64,000 nucleotides of DNA from Ascidiella aspersa (Eukaryota). Shown piece by piece: positions 1-13,528 of the stretch. Under the pieces are notes generated by a model that ran no database searches, was not told the origin of the DNA, and saw only the letters and a program-made list of their open reading frames with translations. The number at the start of each line of letters is the position of its first letter. Within the stretch, counting starts at the first letter, position 1. The position numbers and the translations under genes are program-made. The stretch is taken from the NCBI GenBank assembly GCA_963924565.1, contig OZ004608.1, positions 9,362,001 through 9,426,000 of the forward strand. The letters run 5' to 3'.

Positions 1-496
1 AGATACTGTAGCTTTTAACTTAGAAAGCAAGAAACATGAATGAAGCTGCAGCTTGTGCACAACTAACCCTCGTGCACTTCCGCGTGATAGTCGTGCGTGA
101 ACGTTTGTAATAATTAGTAGCGCACACACAACATGAATGACGTTGGCAATTAACGATGTACATTTGTTGCTGTATAAATATTTACCTCGCCTATTTGACA
201 GAACGCTGTCACCGTACTGACGTTTGAAAATATCGTTTTTAAAGTTGAGAAAATCTGAATAATATAGTCGGTCGACCACTCGGGTAGCCCGAGGCAATCG
301 AGGCATGGTACTGTAGCCTACTATAGGAGTTTAAAAAAAAAATCGAAAACGATACTTATAAGTTAGTGCTACTGATAGCAAGGTTTGCCATAAGGAAAAT
401 TTTTGTTATCTGTGTTAGTTTAAGAAGTGTATGACGGTCATACTAACCACACAACGTTCCTAATTCCAGTACACTAGAAGGTTCTGAAAACGCAAC
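1..496 (+). promoter_or_regulatory. Conserved CYP upstream/promoter block (also ~5860-6844 and ~12500-13528)
   Basis: Alignable upstream of CYP-A, -B and -C. Paired GCGTG cores 13 bp apart at 82/95, 6425/6438 and 13092/13105. Confidence 0.5.
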
Positions 497-3400
497 ATGA
501 TTTTCGATTACATTTGGCTGCACACCAACTTTTACGTTGCACTCACATTCGTCGTAACCTTGCTGGTGATCTATGTCCTACATTTAAAGTCGTCAAAAGC
601 CAATCTTCCGCCTGGGCCATTCGGGGTTCCATTTCTTGGCAGTGTTCCCTTTGTAGGAAGCAGGGCCGACCTTACTTTCGGGAAATGGGCAGATAAATAC
701 GGCCCAGTGATGTACCTTAAATTGGGCGTACAACCGACGGTCATTTTAAGTACCTATGAGGCTGTAGAACAGGTAGGATATTGTCTTTTCCAAAAAAAAT
801 CATGTTTTTTTCCTTTTATTGTGGAGTTTCTATTGTGATAGTTATTAAACAAAATCGCAAGATGTTTCTGCGAATGTAGCCCACACCAAAATGATGTCAC
901 TGTAAAAGAATTAATATAGGACAAATACGGTTAGATGCTGTGGATTTAGTTTTATTGCAACAAATTTAATCATAGCATTTTCAATGTGAGTTTGTGAGTG
1001 TTTCTTTGTATGACGTATAGGCTTTCATCAAACAAGCACCGAAATTTAACGGAAGGATTACAAACTCATACCTAAAGGTAGTTACTGGGGATTCAGGAAT
1101 TATTTATTGCAAAGATTTCAATAAATGGAGTATTTACAGGAAATTCGGTCATAAAGTTCTCGGAAGGTAGGATCCAATATATTTCTATTATATTTTGTAT
1201 AATGTTTAAGGCTAGCACCAGTTGGTTTACAAACAGATTGTTTCATCAGTTTCCCTTCATAGAGACGGTTTGAATGAGGACTGTCTCACAATCAAACAAA
1301 ACGTCGCTTAAATAATCTCGAACGAGATAGCGACTTGCAAAGTAAATTTCTGCCAGTGTTGTAATGACTTAAATTATTGGGTCAAATGACTTGGGTTGAA
1401 ATTAGGGGTTTTCATTTAGCATTTTACTCTATATTGAGCGAGTTATATCAAGTATTGCAGGAAAAGGGATTAGATTGCTAAATATTTTGTATTGATGTTT
1501 TTTGGTTGAATTATTGCTGATATAATCGAGTTGTTTTATGATTACATCAATGATTTGACTTAAAACTGACTCGCTCTAATAATGACTTGACTTTTTTTTT
1601 TGAAAAGGCTTGACTTGGATTGGAGCCATATAACAAATGACTTGACTTTTTTGACTTGACTTGATTACAAAACTGGGTTCTGAAACCTCTAAGCCCTAAT
1701 TTTATCCTTATTGTGGGACTCATGAAAATGACACCTGGGTACTTGACCTACTGCACCATTCTGTAAGTAGTTTGGTTCGTGACAACATAACGCAAATAGT
1801 TGTTCGATAAAACAAAGGTAAGACTCAAGACGAATTGTGTAGTCCTTTTGCCCTTTTCGAAAGATATTTGGAGAATCAAATTGCGGCATAGGTATGCCTA
1901 TACGCAAATAGGAGACCCTGATTAAATCATAATCGCGTGACACAAGCACAACTAAGACAAACAGTTTAAACCTTTCATTTTAAAGTAGGGAAATGTTTTT
2001 CAGAAACTCATGCACTGTCAAACCAACAAAGATAGATACCGAAAAAATCTTGTTAATGCTTTGAAATTCAAGAACAAAACAAACACTTTCGAGCATTATG
2101 GCTAGACGACAGATGTTGTAGTTAAACCTCTTAACACTCATACCGAATAACGCATATATGAAAACATAAAACAATCTGTAGTTAAAGACAATTGTTTCGT
2201 ACTGTTAAATACAAAAACAAAACCTGAATATAGGTAATTTTTACAAACCCTGTATTGTCGCGGGTTTCATTTTATCATGGTCATGCTATGACGATATATC
2301 GTCTTACAAATTTAAGGAGTGTTTCTCAACCGTTGCCATTGACACCCGGGTCTTATGGAGTAGAATAGAACCTAAATCATTTTTAAGGTCTTGAGGGCTC
2401 TCCATTAACAGATTTTAAATCCCGTACATGTAATGTATGACTGAAATTTTAAGGGTAGTGAAAAACTTGAACGTAGGCCTACTAAAATAAAATTGTAACA
2501 ATTTGGAGAATTTTATGGCAGGTAGGATAAAACAAAGCGCTTTTTCGCCTCATCCAGGACTTAATGTCTTTTTTAGTTCCGATCTGCTAGGTGTTAGCAT
2601 TGAGAAGGCAATACAAACAGAAGCAAAACTTTTATGTGAACTCATCAAGGAGAGAGAGGAAACAGCATTCATATTAGAGGTTAGCTGAAAAACATCTCAG
2701 GTTTGCCGAACAGTTAACATTTCCGTTTATTTTAAACAGGGGCCTCTGGGTTTCTCGATTGGAAATGTTTTATTCAGAATAATGGCCGGAGAAACGATCG
2801 AGGGGTCGTCTTACAAAGATCTGGAGAAAGTCTTTCTAAACTCTGTCAATGGGTAAGTTCGATCGGGACTCTAAAGCGTCCGTAGTGCGCATGCGCAGAA
2901 ACGAATTTTAAAACTCCTACGACAGCAAAATGTAAATTGTAAAGGTAGTATAGCATACGGTAGAGTATTTTCCCACTAAGTATTGTGAGTCGATGAGCGA
3001 AATGACGCCCCTATAAGTTGGTTTGTGAATATCCATTTGATTTTTCTTACGTATATTAGAGGAATATAAGCTGCAGACTAAAATCCGGGACTCATCGAAA
3101 TGGCACATGTGACTAAATAGATCATTACTTCATAAAAGAAGCTTTATTTGAGGCAAAATAAAGAAAGTTGATGCTTATATCTAAAAGTGTGCAAATTTCC
3201 TGAAAAACCACTTAACTATAACATTAATATCCTAGAGGTAAGTTTGTCAAAGTAATAAATCCCATTTGATTAGGTTCGAAAGGCACAGAATTACAATGTT
3301 GTTGTTCATGTTGTTTCCTTGGACACGTCAACTTCCATTCCTTTCAAAAGATTTTAAAGATATTCTGGAAAATATAAAGTTGGTAAAAGGTGCTTGCACG

Positions 3401-4790
3401 TTTCGTTAGAAATAAGTTGATTGAATTCATTTGTACTATATTAAGTAGTCCACAAATCAATATTTTTCACCTGAAAATATATTTTTTGTAGATGTTATGA
3501 TTTCAATTATCAACGATCACCAAAAAGTATATGACGCGAACAACCATCGGGATTTAATTGATGTTTACTTAGAAAACATCAAAAAGCAAAAGTTCGGCTT
3601 TGATGTAAGCTTCACTAAATCTTAACATAATCGTTTCATTAAAAAAAAACAATTTATTAGACAATACAGCCTTGTTTTTATAGGGTATTTTTAAGATCTT
3701 GTTAATAGTGGAAATAGCACAGTGTGCAAGAATCATGTTCCTTTTATTAAGGTGGACCATTTGATCCACCTTTTAAAAGACTTTTTGGCTGCAGGAGTTG
3801 AAACCAGCACCACATCTGTTCGTTGGATTCTTTTTCATCTAATTACATATCCAGAAATCCAAGAGAAAGTACACAGAGAAATTGACCAAGTTATCGGTTA
3901 GTATAATTATTATGACAGAGTCTAAAAAGCATTTTGAGATTTTCAGATTTAAGAAACAGACTAAACTGGAATTTTTTCTGAAGGAAGGGATGGCAGTATA
4001 AGCAACAAGGTTGAACTTCACTACACAAAAGCAGTAATAGAAGAAGTGTTTCGATGCAAAGCAGCCGTTCCACTAGGTGTACCTCGTCGAACAACTGACG
4101 ATGTACAATTGATGGGATACAAAATACCTAAAGATACCCAGGTTTGATTAATCAGTAACTTTATATTTTAGACCTACCAAAACGTAGTCGGGCCCTTTCA
4201 ACGAACTTTTAGGGTAGCCGTTAGACTTTGAATATTTTAAAGTCTGGAACGAATCCCGTCGAATGCGGCTATAGTCACTGTCAATTTCAACATAATTTAG
4301 GTAGAAAATGAATAATTCATTTTGAGGACTAAATTGCTTTAACATGAAGCATGTGGACCACACATTGATATTGTATCTCGGTCACACGATACTTTTAAAC
4401 TGTGCGACTTGTCTGAGGAAATTTCTCATTCACTTCAGTCGAACTGTCAAAAAAGTTAACAAGGACAACTTTTTTCAGGTGATTGCAAATATTTCGAAAG
4501 TACATCAAGATACAGCTATTTGGACAAATCCTCAAGTTTTTAACCCGGAGCGGCACTTGGATGAAAACGGGAGGTTCATAAAATCAAACAAGGTTATACC
4601 GTTTTCGGTGGGACAACGGAACTGCTTGGGAAAGCAGCTGGCAATCACAGAAGTGTTTGTATTTACCGTGGCCATTTTGCAAAGATTTAAAGTTTTCGCT
4701 GGTCCAGGCGTCAAACAACCACTTCTAGAGGGTGAACTCGGTGTTGTGTACTACCCCAAAAAAGTCCCAATCTTGTTCAAGGAGCGATGA
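497..4790 (+). CDS. Cytochrome P450, clan 2 / CYP2-like (CYP-A), 9 exons, ~493 aa
   Basis: Exons 497-772, 1021-1166, 2577-2679, 2740-2852, 3274-3389, 3492-3604, 3752-3896, 3984-4141, 4479-4790. All introns GT-AG; they splice to 1482 nt in frame. Motifs: N-terminal TM anchor, PPGP hinge, I-helix AAGVETS, K-helix EVFR, FNPERH, heme motif FSVGQRNCLG. Confidence 0.93.
1354..1675. mobile_element. (TGACT)n MITE copy in CYP-A intron 2
   Basis: Begins CAGTGTTGTAATGACTT and has TGACT arrays; same position as the copy in CYP-B intron 2. Confidence 0.65.
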
Positions 4791-6844
4791 CTGTATCTTC
4801 AGAAAACAACTGGTTTATTGATAAAACATATGCTGACAATTGAAACGTCTTTTGTCTGTACGATTTATTATTGTAATACAATTTGTTATATTATTTTTTT
4901 TGCAACACAATTGTTTCTTTTAATTAGGTTCAGTTAGTCCTCCTTATGTCAAGTTTAGATTGTTGACGATATGTTTGTCTTTTAGATTAGTTAAAGGGTA
5001 TTCAGCATTGTTTTGGGAGCTGATTAGACTTTCCTGGCGGCTTAAGTCACTTTCTCAGACCAAGTTACAGAAAAAAATACGGATAAAACTATGGAACTTA
5101 TTCGTAATCAAGTGTGATACTAAATGAATTTTTAGTCAAACACCCAACACATACACAAAAAAACTGATTCAGTCTACTAACGGTAATTTTACTGACCGTA
5201 TATTATTAAGCGTACTCGTTCAGGACATGTCAGCAAAATAATGTTATTCCAATCAAAAACACCTGGGTTAAAGAACTATCTAAGCGACGGATGAATATTT
5301 TCACAATTCAAATAGGGCTACAATAAGTCTTTCAACACTTTCCTTTAAAAAAATGAATGGTCGCCCAAGGACATACTGAAAAACACCCAAGTGATTTTTT
5401 AATTTTGCCTTTGTTGCTGATATTTTTAACACAAATATATTGTTATGTGACGGCTTGATACCTAAGTCAAGGCAACTGACTTTTCGGCGACAGGATCAGG
5501 TCTAATCATTTTTGTTATCACCGTTTCTTAGAAAAGTTAAGGAAATCGCAAAATGTACATTATGTGAATCTAGCCAATAAACCGCTCACCAAAGACCAAA
5601 TAGAATCCAATGTCAACGAATTTGATAGGTATGAAAAGTAAACAGAACAGATATTTGCGCCAAACACTTTCTAGAAACAAAAAGATGCTTGCTACTCACA
5701 AAAAAACTCCACTTTTAAACTTATTTTTTTGCTATATTCAATTTGAACAAAAAAAATACTATTTTGCAAAATGCATGTTCTAGAAGACCAAGCTTTCAAA
5801 ATGACATGACCACACCAAGATATTAGGCTACTAACAAAAAATATGCTCCCCTAAAGCCTGACAAGGCTCAGTTCCGGAAGCATGCAATTTCATAATAACA
5901 CAGTTAGCATTATAGCCATAAAGAGACTTGATTCGACCAAGCTATGCGTCGCCAAGCATCACGTTTTCACAGTCATGCGTCGAAAAGTGAGAGTATCACG
6001 ACTTGCATAGCACATTCGCGCATTTGTAAATTGGTTAGGTAGCCAATGAGGTTTGATAGCAATTCTGAATAAAGATGTAGTTATAGCCTATAGTTGACAA
6101 TGTTGTAGTTTTATCTGTATGAAATTCACAATACGTTTAAAAAAGACAGCAAGTTACTGCGTGAGCAAAGCTTAGAACAGACGAAATTATGTAAATTATA
6201 TAGCTGTCTCTCATTTCCAGCAATAGCGACGGTGTGTAACGCCTACAGTAGTTAATATATTTTCGAAGAAACAGACTAAAAAAGTGTAAATGCTATCTTG
6301 TGTGCAAATGTAGACTTCGAAATTTCTGTGCCCTTTCTGTCTGCAACAGATACTGTAGCTTTTAACAGAGAAAGCAAGAAACATGATGCTGTAGCTAGTG
6401 CACAACTATCCCTCGTACACTTCCGCGTGACAGACGTGCGTGAACGTTTATGATAATGATTAGCGCACACACAAGACTGGCGTTAGTAGTAACTATGCAC
6501 GTTTGTTGCTGCAAATCGATTTAATTCAACAGAGCGCTTTTTACCGTATTGACGCTTCAAAAGATCGTTTTTATTTTTACGAAAATCTTATTAATATAGC
6601 CCGACGACCATTCACTCATTCAGGTAGCCCGAAGCATGGTACTGAAGTTGTATAAGAGTTTTACGAAATTTGAAACGATGTTTGTAAATTGCTGCTAGAG
6701 ATGGTTGAGTTTACCTTCATAGAAAGGTTTGTGTTAGTTAAAGAAATGTATGACGACCATTAACCACGCAACGTTCTTAATTCTTCTGCATTGATAGGTT
6801 CTAAAACAAATAGCCTTTCAGCATATTCTGTCGTCTGTGTCGGT

Positions 6845-9800
6845 ATGATTTTGGATTACATTTGGCTGCACACTAACTTTTACGTTGCACTCACATTCGT
6901 AACCTTGCTGGTGATCTATGTCCTACATTTAAAGTCGTCAAAAGCCAATCTTCCGCCTGGGCCATTCGGGGTTCCATTTCTTGGCAGCGTGCCTTTTGTA
7001 GGAAGCAGGGCCGACCTTACTTTCGGGAAATGGGCAGAAAAATATGGCCCAGTGATGTACCTGAAATTGGGCACGCAACCAACGGCCATTTTAAGTACCT
7101 ATGAGGCTGTAGAACAGGTAGGATATTGTCTTTCCAAAAAAATCATTTTTTTTCTTTTATTGTGGAGTTTTTATTGTGGTAGTTATTACACAAAATTGCA
7201 AGATTTTTCTGCGAATGTAGCCCACACCAAAATAATTTCACTGTAAATAAATTAACATAAATAGGACGAATACAGTTTGATTCTGTGGATTTATTTTATC
7301 GCAACAAATTTTAATCATAGCGTTTTAAATGTGAATGTTTTCTTTGTATGGCGTAGGCGTTCATCAAACAAGCACCAAAATTTAACGGAAGGATTACAAA
7401 CGCGTACACCAAGGCAATTACTGTGGATTCTGGAATTATATTTATCAACGATTTAAACAAATGGAATATTTACAGGAAATTTGGTCATAAAGTTCTCGGA
7501 AGGTAGGAACCAATATATTTCTATTATATTTTTTATAATGTGCAAGTCTATCACCAGTTAGCTTACAAACAGATAGTGTCCTTTTATAGAGACTGGTAGA
7601 ATGCGAGTTGTCTAACCAGACAAAACGTTATTTAGAAAAACTCGACCGAAAATAGTGATTTGCAAACGTTGCATAATAAAATTAGGATTCTGTCAGTGCT
7701 GCAATGATGACATGACGATTACTTGACTTAAGCGCAATTAAGTCATTGTTTTCAAAAGAAATGACCTAACTTAAGTCGGTTGGTCAAATGACTTGACTTT
7801 GACTTAAGCTATAATGTCAAATGACTTGACTTGGACTTAAGGTATTAGGTCAAATGACTTGACTTTGACTTAAGCTATAATGTCAAATGACTTGACTTGG
7901 ACTTAAGGTATTAGGTCAAATGACTTGGCGTGAAATTAGGTGTTTTTATTTAACCTTTTATTCTAAAATTGAGCTACTTGCCTCGCAGTAATGCACGAAA
8001 GGATCAGGCAGCTTTGTTGTTGGCTACTTTAGTTTAATAAATATTACTATTGCTGATATAATTGGAAGAGTTGATTTATTATAATATCAGTGATTAGACT
8101 TGAAAATGACTTGCTCTTATAATGACTTGACTGGGACGTGACTTGTTATTTTTTAATAGCCCTGACGACTTGGACTTAAGTCATATCATAACTGACTTAA
8201 CATATACTTCAAAATGAGTTGCTTACAACCCTGGGTACTGCAAGTTCTAATCCCCAATCTTGGCCTATTTGCTGGACTTATGAAAATGGCGCCTGGGTAC
8301 TTGAACTACTGAACCATTGTGTAACAATTGTTTGGGACGTAACAACCTAACGTAAATAGTTGTCCAAGACGAATTATCAAAAATTATTTTTACAAAACCC
8401 AGTATTGTCGTTCGTGTTCATCATGGTCATGCTATGACGATATTATCTTCTAATAAACTAATGGCGTGTTTTTCAACTGTTGCACCCCCCCCCCCCCCAC
8501 CCCGTATCGCCTCATCCAGAGTTTATTGTGTTTTTCTTTTTCAGCTCCGAGCTGCTAGGTGGCAGCATTGAGAAGGCTGTACAAACAGAAGCAAAACTTT
8601 TATGTGAACTCATCATCAAGGAGAGAGAGGAAACAGCATTCATATTGGAGGTTAGCTGAAAAACATCTTAGGTTTGCCGAACAGTTAACATTTCTTTTTA
8701 TTTTAAACAGGGGCCTTTGAGTTTCTCGATTGGAAATGTTTTATTCAGAATAATGGCCGGAGAAACGATTGTTGGGTCGCCTTACAAAGATTTGGAAACA
8801 GTTTTTCGCAACGCTGTCAATGGGTAAGCGGTTAAAAGCCAGGGCTGTGGAGTCCGACTTAGTTTGTTTGGCTGGAGTCGGATCGAGTAAGACTACCAGA
8901 GTCAGGAGTCCGTCGTGCATGCGCTGCAACGAATTTCGAAACTGATACGACCGCAAAGCAAACTTTAAATTGTAAAGGTAGATTAGCATATGGTAGAATA
9001 TTTTCCCAACAAGTATTGTGAGTCGATAAGCGAAATGACGCCCCTATGTGTGGATTTCTGAATATTCAACCTTATTTTTGTAACATAAATAAGCTGAAAA
9101 CAGGCTACAGGGTCAGAGCTGGACTCGGCAATATAGCAAATTGAGATACATAGATTATTCGTTCTTTAATGAGGGTTTATTTGGGGCAAAACAAGAAAGT
9201 AGATGCTTATATGTGTGTAAATTTAATAAAAAAACCTAATTATAACATTCTGATTTGAAATACAGTTTGATCGTAGAGGTTAGTTTATTAAGTAAAGAAC
9301 AATTTCCTTTGTTTAGGTTCGAAAGTCGCAGAATTACAAATATGTTGTTCATGCTGTTTCCTTGGACACGTCATCTTCCATTCCTTTCAAAAAATTATAA
9401 AATTATTCTGGAAGAACTAAAGTTGTTAGAAGGTGATTGCAAATTTGATCAAAAAAAGTTGATTGAACTCAATTGTACCATAGTAAGAAAAATAGTAAAA
9501 AAATTGCTTTTGTAGATGTGATGATTTCAATGATCAACGATCACCAAAAAGTGTATGACGCGAACAACCATCGGGATTTAATTGATGTTTACTTAGAAAA
9601 AATAAAAAAGCAAAAGTTCGGCTTTGATGTAAGCTTCCCTAAATCTTAACATAATTGTTTCATTAAAAAAAAATTTATTGGACAATACAGCCTTGTTTTT
9701 ATATAATATTTTTGAGATTTTATTAATAGTGCAAATAGCAAAGTGTGTAAGAAACATGTTCTTTTCATTAAGGTGGACCATTTGATGAACCTTTTAAAAG

Positions 9801-11259
9801 ACTTTTTGGCTGCAGGATCTGAAACCAGCACCACATCTGTTCGTTGGATTCTTTTTCATCTAATTACATATCCAGAAATCCAAGAGAAAGTACACAGAGA
9901 AATTGACCAAGTTATCGGTTAGTAACCTAATATGACAGAGTCTAAAAAGCATTTTAAGATTGCGTTACGTCAAGAAACAGATTAAGAAACAGATTTTCTG
10001 AATTAGGAAGAGATGGCTGTATAAGCAACAGAGTTGAACTTCACTACACAAAAGCAGTAATAGAAGAGGTGTTTCGATGCAAAGCACCTGTTCCACTAGG
10101 TGTACCTCGTCGAACAACTGAAGCTGTGCAATTGATGGGATACAAAATACCTAAAGATACCCAGGTTTGATTTATTAGTAGGCCTAACTTTATCATTTAC
10201 CAAAACGTATTCGCACGCTTTAACCAACGTTTTGGAATTGCAGTCAGACTTTGATAATTGTAAAGTCAAAACCGAATCCTCAGTCGTGTTTTTTATCGAA
10301 TACGGCTATTTCCTCTGTAAATTTCATCATAATTTAGGTCAAAACTGAATAATTCATTTTTAGGAATAAATTGCTTTCAACAGGTAGCATGTGTACCACA
10401 CAATGATATTGTGTCTCGGTCACAAGATACTTTTAAGCTGTGCGCCCTTAACATTGCGAAAGTCTGAATCGCGCTCGCTTTGCTTGCCAGGTGTGCCCTG
10501 ATTTGCAAAGGTTAACAAACACTGATAACTGTTAAGGTTATTGCGTTTTCTTAAAGTAGTTTTATTACACATTTTTAATTGGTAGTATGAATGGCGACGT
10601 GTGGACTCGAATTTTAAACCAAACATTTTTTCGCGCTTTGTGTCAACACTTTACTGCCTCCTTTAATGTAACTAAACACGTGTTAAAGTACAATAAGAGA
10701 TTCGAGGCCCGCTTTTTCTAACATTTTAATAGCACAATTTTTAGTTAACATTTGGTGCGGCACGCAGAGACCTTTCTGAGTTTGGTTTTGGCCCGCTACT
10801 AGAAAAAGGTTGACGACTCCTGCTTTATAACGACGCCATAACGGTTTATGTAGAAAAAGTAATTGTTTAAACTTGTCTGAATTTATCATACTCTTCAGTC
10901 TACCAGGTTAGTATTTGTAAAAATTTAACAAGGGCAACTGTTTTCAGGTGATTGCAAATATTTCAAAAGTACATCAAGATACAACTATTTGGACAAATCC
11001 TCAAGTTTTTAACCCGGAGCGGCACTTGGATGAAAACGGCAGGTTCAGAAAATCAAACAAGGTTATACCGTTTTCGGTGGGACAACGGAACTGTTTGGGA
11101 AAGCAGCTGGCAATCACAGAAGTGTTTGTATTTACCGTGACCATTTTGCAAAGATTTAAAGTTTTCGCTGGTCCAGGCGTCAAACAACCACTTCTAGAGG
11201 GTGAACTTGGTGTTGTTTACTACCCAAAAAAAGTCCCAATCTTGTTTAAAGAGCGATGA
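6845..11259 (+). CDS. Cytochrome P450, clan 2 / CYP2-like (CYP-B), 9 exons, ~493 aa; close paralog of CYP-A
   Basis: Exons 6845-7117, 7357-7502, 8545-8650, 8711-8823, 9317-9432, 9516-9628, 9773-9917, 10007-10164, 10948-11259. Same intron phases as CYP-A. Motifs AAGSETS, EVFR, PERH, FSVGQRNCLG. Confidence 0.93.
7693..8233. mobile_element. (TGACT)n MITE copy in CYP-B intron 2 with internal ~66-bp tandem duplication
   Basis: CAGTGCTGCAATGA...TTACAACCCTG; duplicated unit at ~7782-7927. Confidence 0.7.
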
Positions 11260-13528
11260 TTGTATCTTGGGAAAACATCTGGTGTATTGATAAAACATAT
11301 ACTGACAATTAAAACGTCTTCTATATGTGCTCGTTATTATTGCAATACAATTTGTTACATTCGTTTTTTGCACCACAGTTGTTTCATCTAATTAGGTTTA
11401 GTTAAATCATCTTTATCTTAAGTTTACAGTGTTGACCTCATGTTCCTATTGTAGATTAATTAAAATGAATTCAGCATTGTTTTGGGAATCCATTTACACT
11501 ATCATCTCATGTAACGGTTTTGTCACTTATTTATACAAAATTACAGGAAAATATACGGACAAACCCATGGAACTCATTTGTAACCAAGTGTGCTGATACC
11601 AATTGGTTTTATAGTCTAACACCAGAAAACACACAGAAAAAAATGATTCACCCTATTAAGGTTGACTTGACGGACCGTATATTATTAAACGTACTCGTTC
11701 AGGCCATCTCAGCAAAATTAGTTTATTGCAATGAAAAACTGGATTAAAGAACTACCCAACCAAGCGGCGGATAATTTAGGGCTACAATATATCTTTCAAG
11801 CTCATTTCTTAACAAAAATGAACGGTCCTCCGAGGACATTGAAAATCACCCAATTGCTTTTTGTATTTTTCCTTTGCACTGTCTTGCTGAAATTTTCAAC
11901 ACAAATATATTTTTTGTGACTGTTCGACATGAGGCCTAAGTTAAACCAACTGACGTTTTGGCGACAGTATCATGTCTAATCATTTTTATCATCAATCATA
12001 GTTTCTTAAAAAGTTAAGGAAACCACCAGATGTGCATTATGTGAATCGGGTAAATAAATATTCGGGATAATTAATATGGATAGCGTACAATTATCGACAA
12101 TAAGGTGATAAAATCTTTAAGCGTTAAACTATATTTGCATTGCAACCTTTTAGGGCGAAATTGTTTAGCACGTAATCGTTTATCGTCTTGCAAAGACCAA
12201 GAAGAATCGATTGTCAACGGGTTTGATAAGTTTACGCAGTGAATTCAACAGATATTTTTGGCAAACAATCACTTCCATGGAACTAGTAGGTGTATTTTTA
12301 CAGTACTCAAAAAAAAAAAAAAAAATTTCTTTAGCAGTAAATACTCATTACTCTGCGATATTTAATTTTAACATTTACTGTGATTGGGAAAAACTGCTAC
12401 AATTAAATACCATAGGGCAAAAGTGAGTTAAAAAAACAAACTTTCTTAACTACATGGTGACACCAGGTCATGAAGCTTATAACAATATACTACCACAAAG
12501 GCTGACAAGGCTCAGTTCCGGAAGCTTGCAATTTCAAAACATCTCAGTTAGCATTATAGCCAGAGAGACTTGATTCGACCAAGCTATGCGTCGTCAAGCA
12601 TCACGCTCTTACAGTCATGCGTCGAAAAATGTCTCGCTGCTTGATTAGAGAACTCACGACTTGCATAGCACATTCGCGCATTTGTGAGTTGGTTCAGTTA
12701 AACGTACCCAGTGAGGTTTGATAGCAATTATCTTTAAAAAACAATAATAATGAGTTATAGCATATAGTTGATAATGTTGTGGATTTAAAATCACAATAAG
12801 GATACTTAAAATACAGTTTGATCAAGATACTGCGTGGGCAAACTTTAAAACAGACTTAGTAAATTAAATATCTGTCTCGCATATCAGCAATGGCAGCGGG
12901 GTGTAATGACAGTAGTTAAAGTATTATCGATGAAAACAGTCTAAAAAGTGCAAAAGGCATTTGGTGCCCAAAGGTGGGCCTCGGCGATTCTGTACCCTTT
13001 TTGTCTGCAACAGATACTGTAGCTTTTAACTGAGAAAGCAGAAACATGAATGATGCTGCAACTTGTGCACAACTAACCCTCGTACACTTCCGCGTGCTAG
13101 TCGTGCGTGAACGTTTGTACTAATTAGTAGCGCACACACAACATGAATGACGTTGGCAATTAACGATGCATATTTGTTGCTATAAAGATATTTAACTCGC
13201 CTTTGGACTAGGATAGAGCGCTTTGGCCGTACTTACGTAAATTGAAAATATCGTTTTTAAAGTTTCGAAAATCTGAATAACATAGTCGGACGAGAACTCG
13301 GGTAGCCCGAGGCATGGTACTACAGCCTACAGGAGTTTCACGAAATTACGATGTTTATAAATTAGTGCTACAGATGACAAAGTTTACCTAAAAGAAAAGG
13401 TCTGTTTTCCGCGTTAGTTTAAGAATTGTATGATGGTTATTCTAATTACACAACGCTCTTAATTCTACTACACTGATAGGTTCTGGAAACGCCGTAACCT
13501 TTCAGCATATTCTGTAGTCTGTGTCAAC

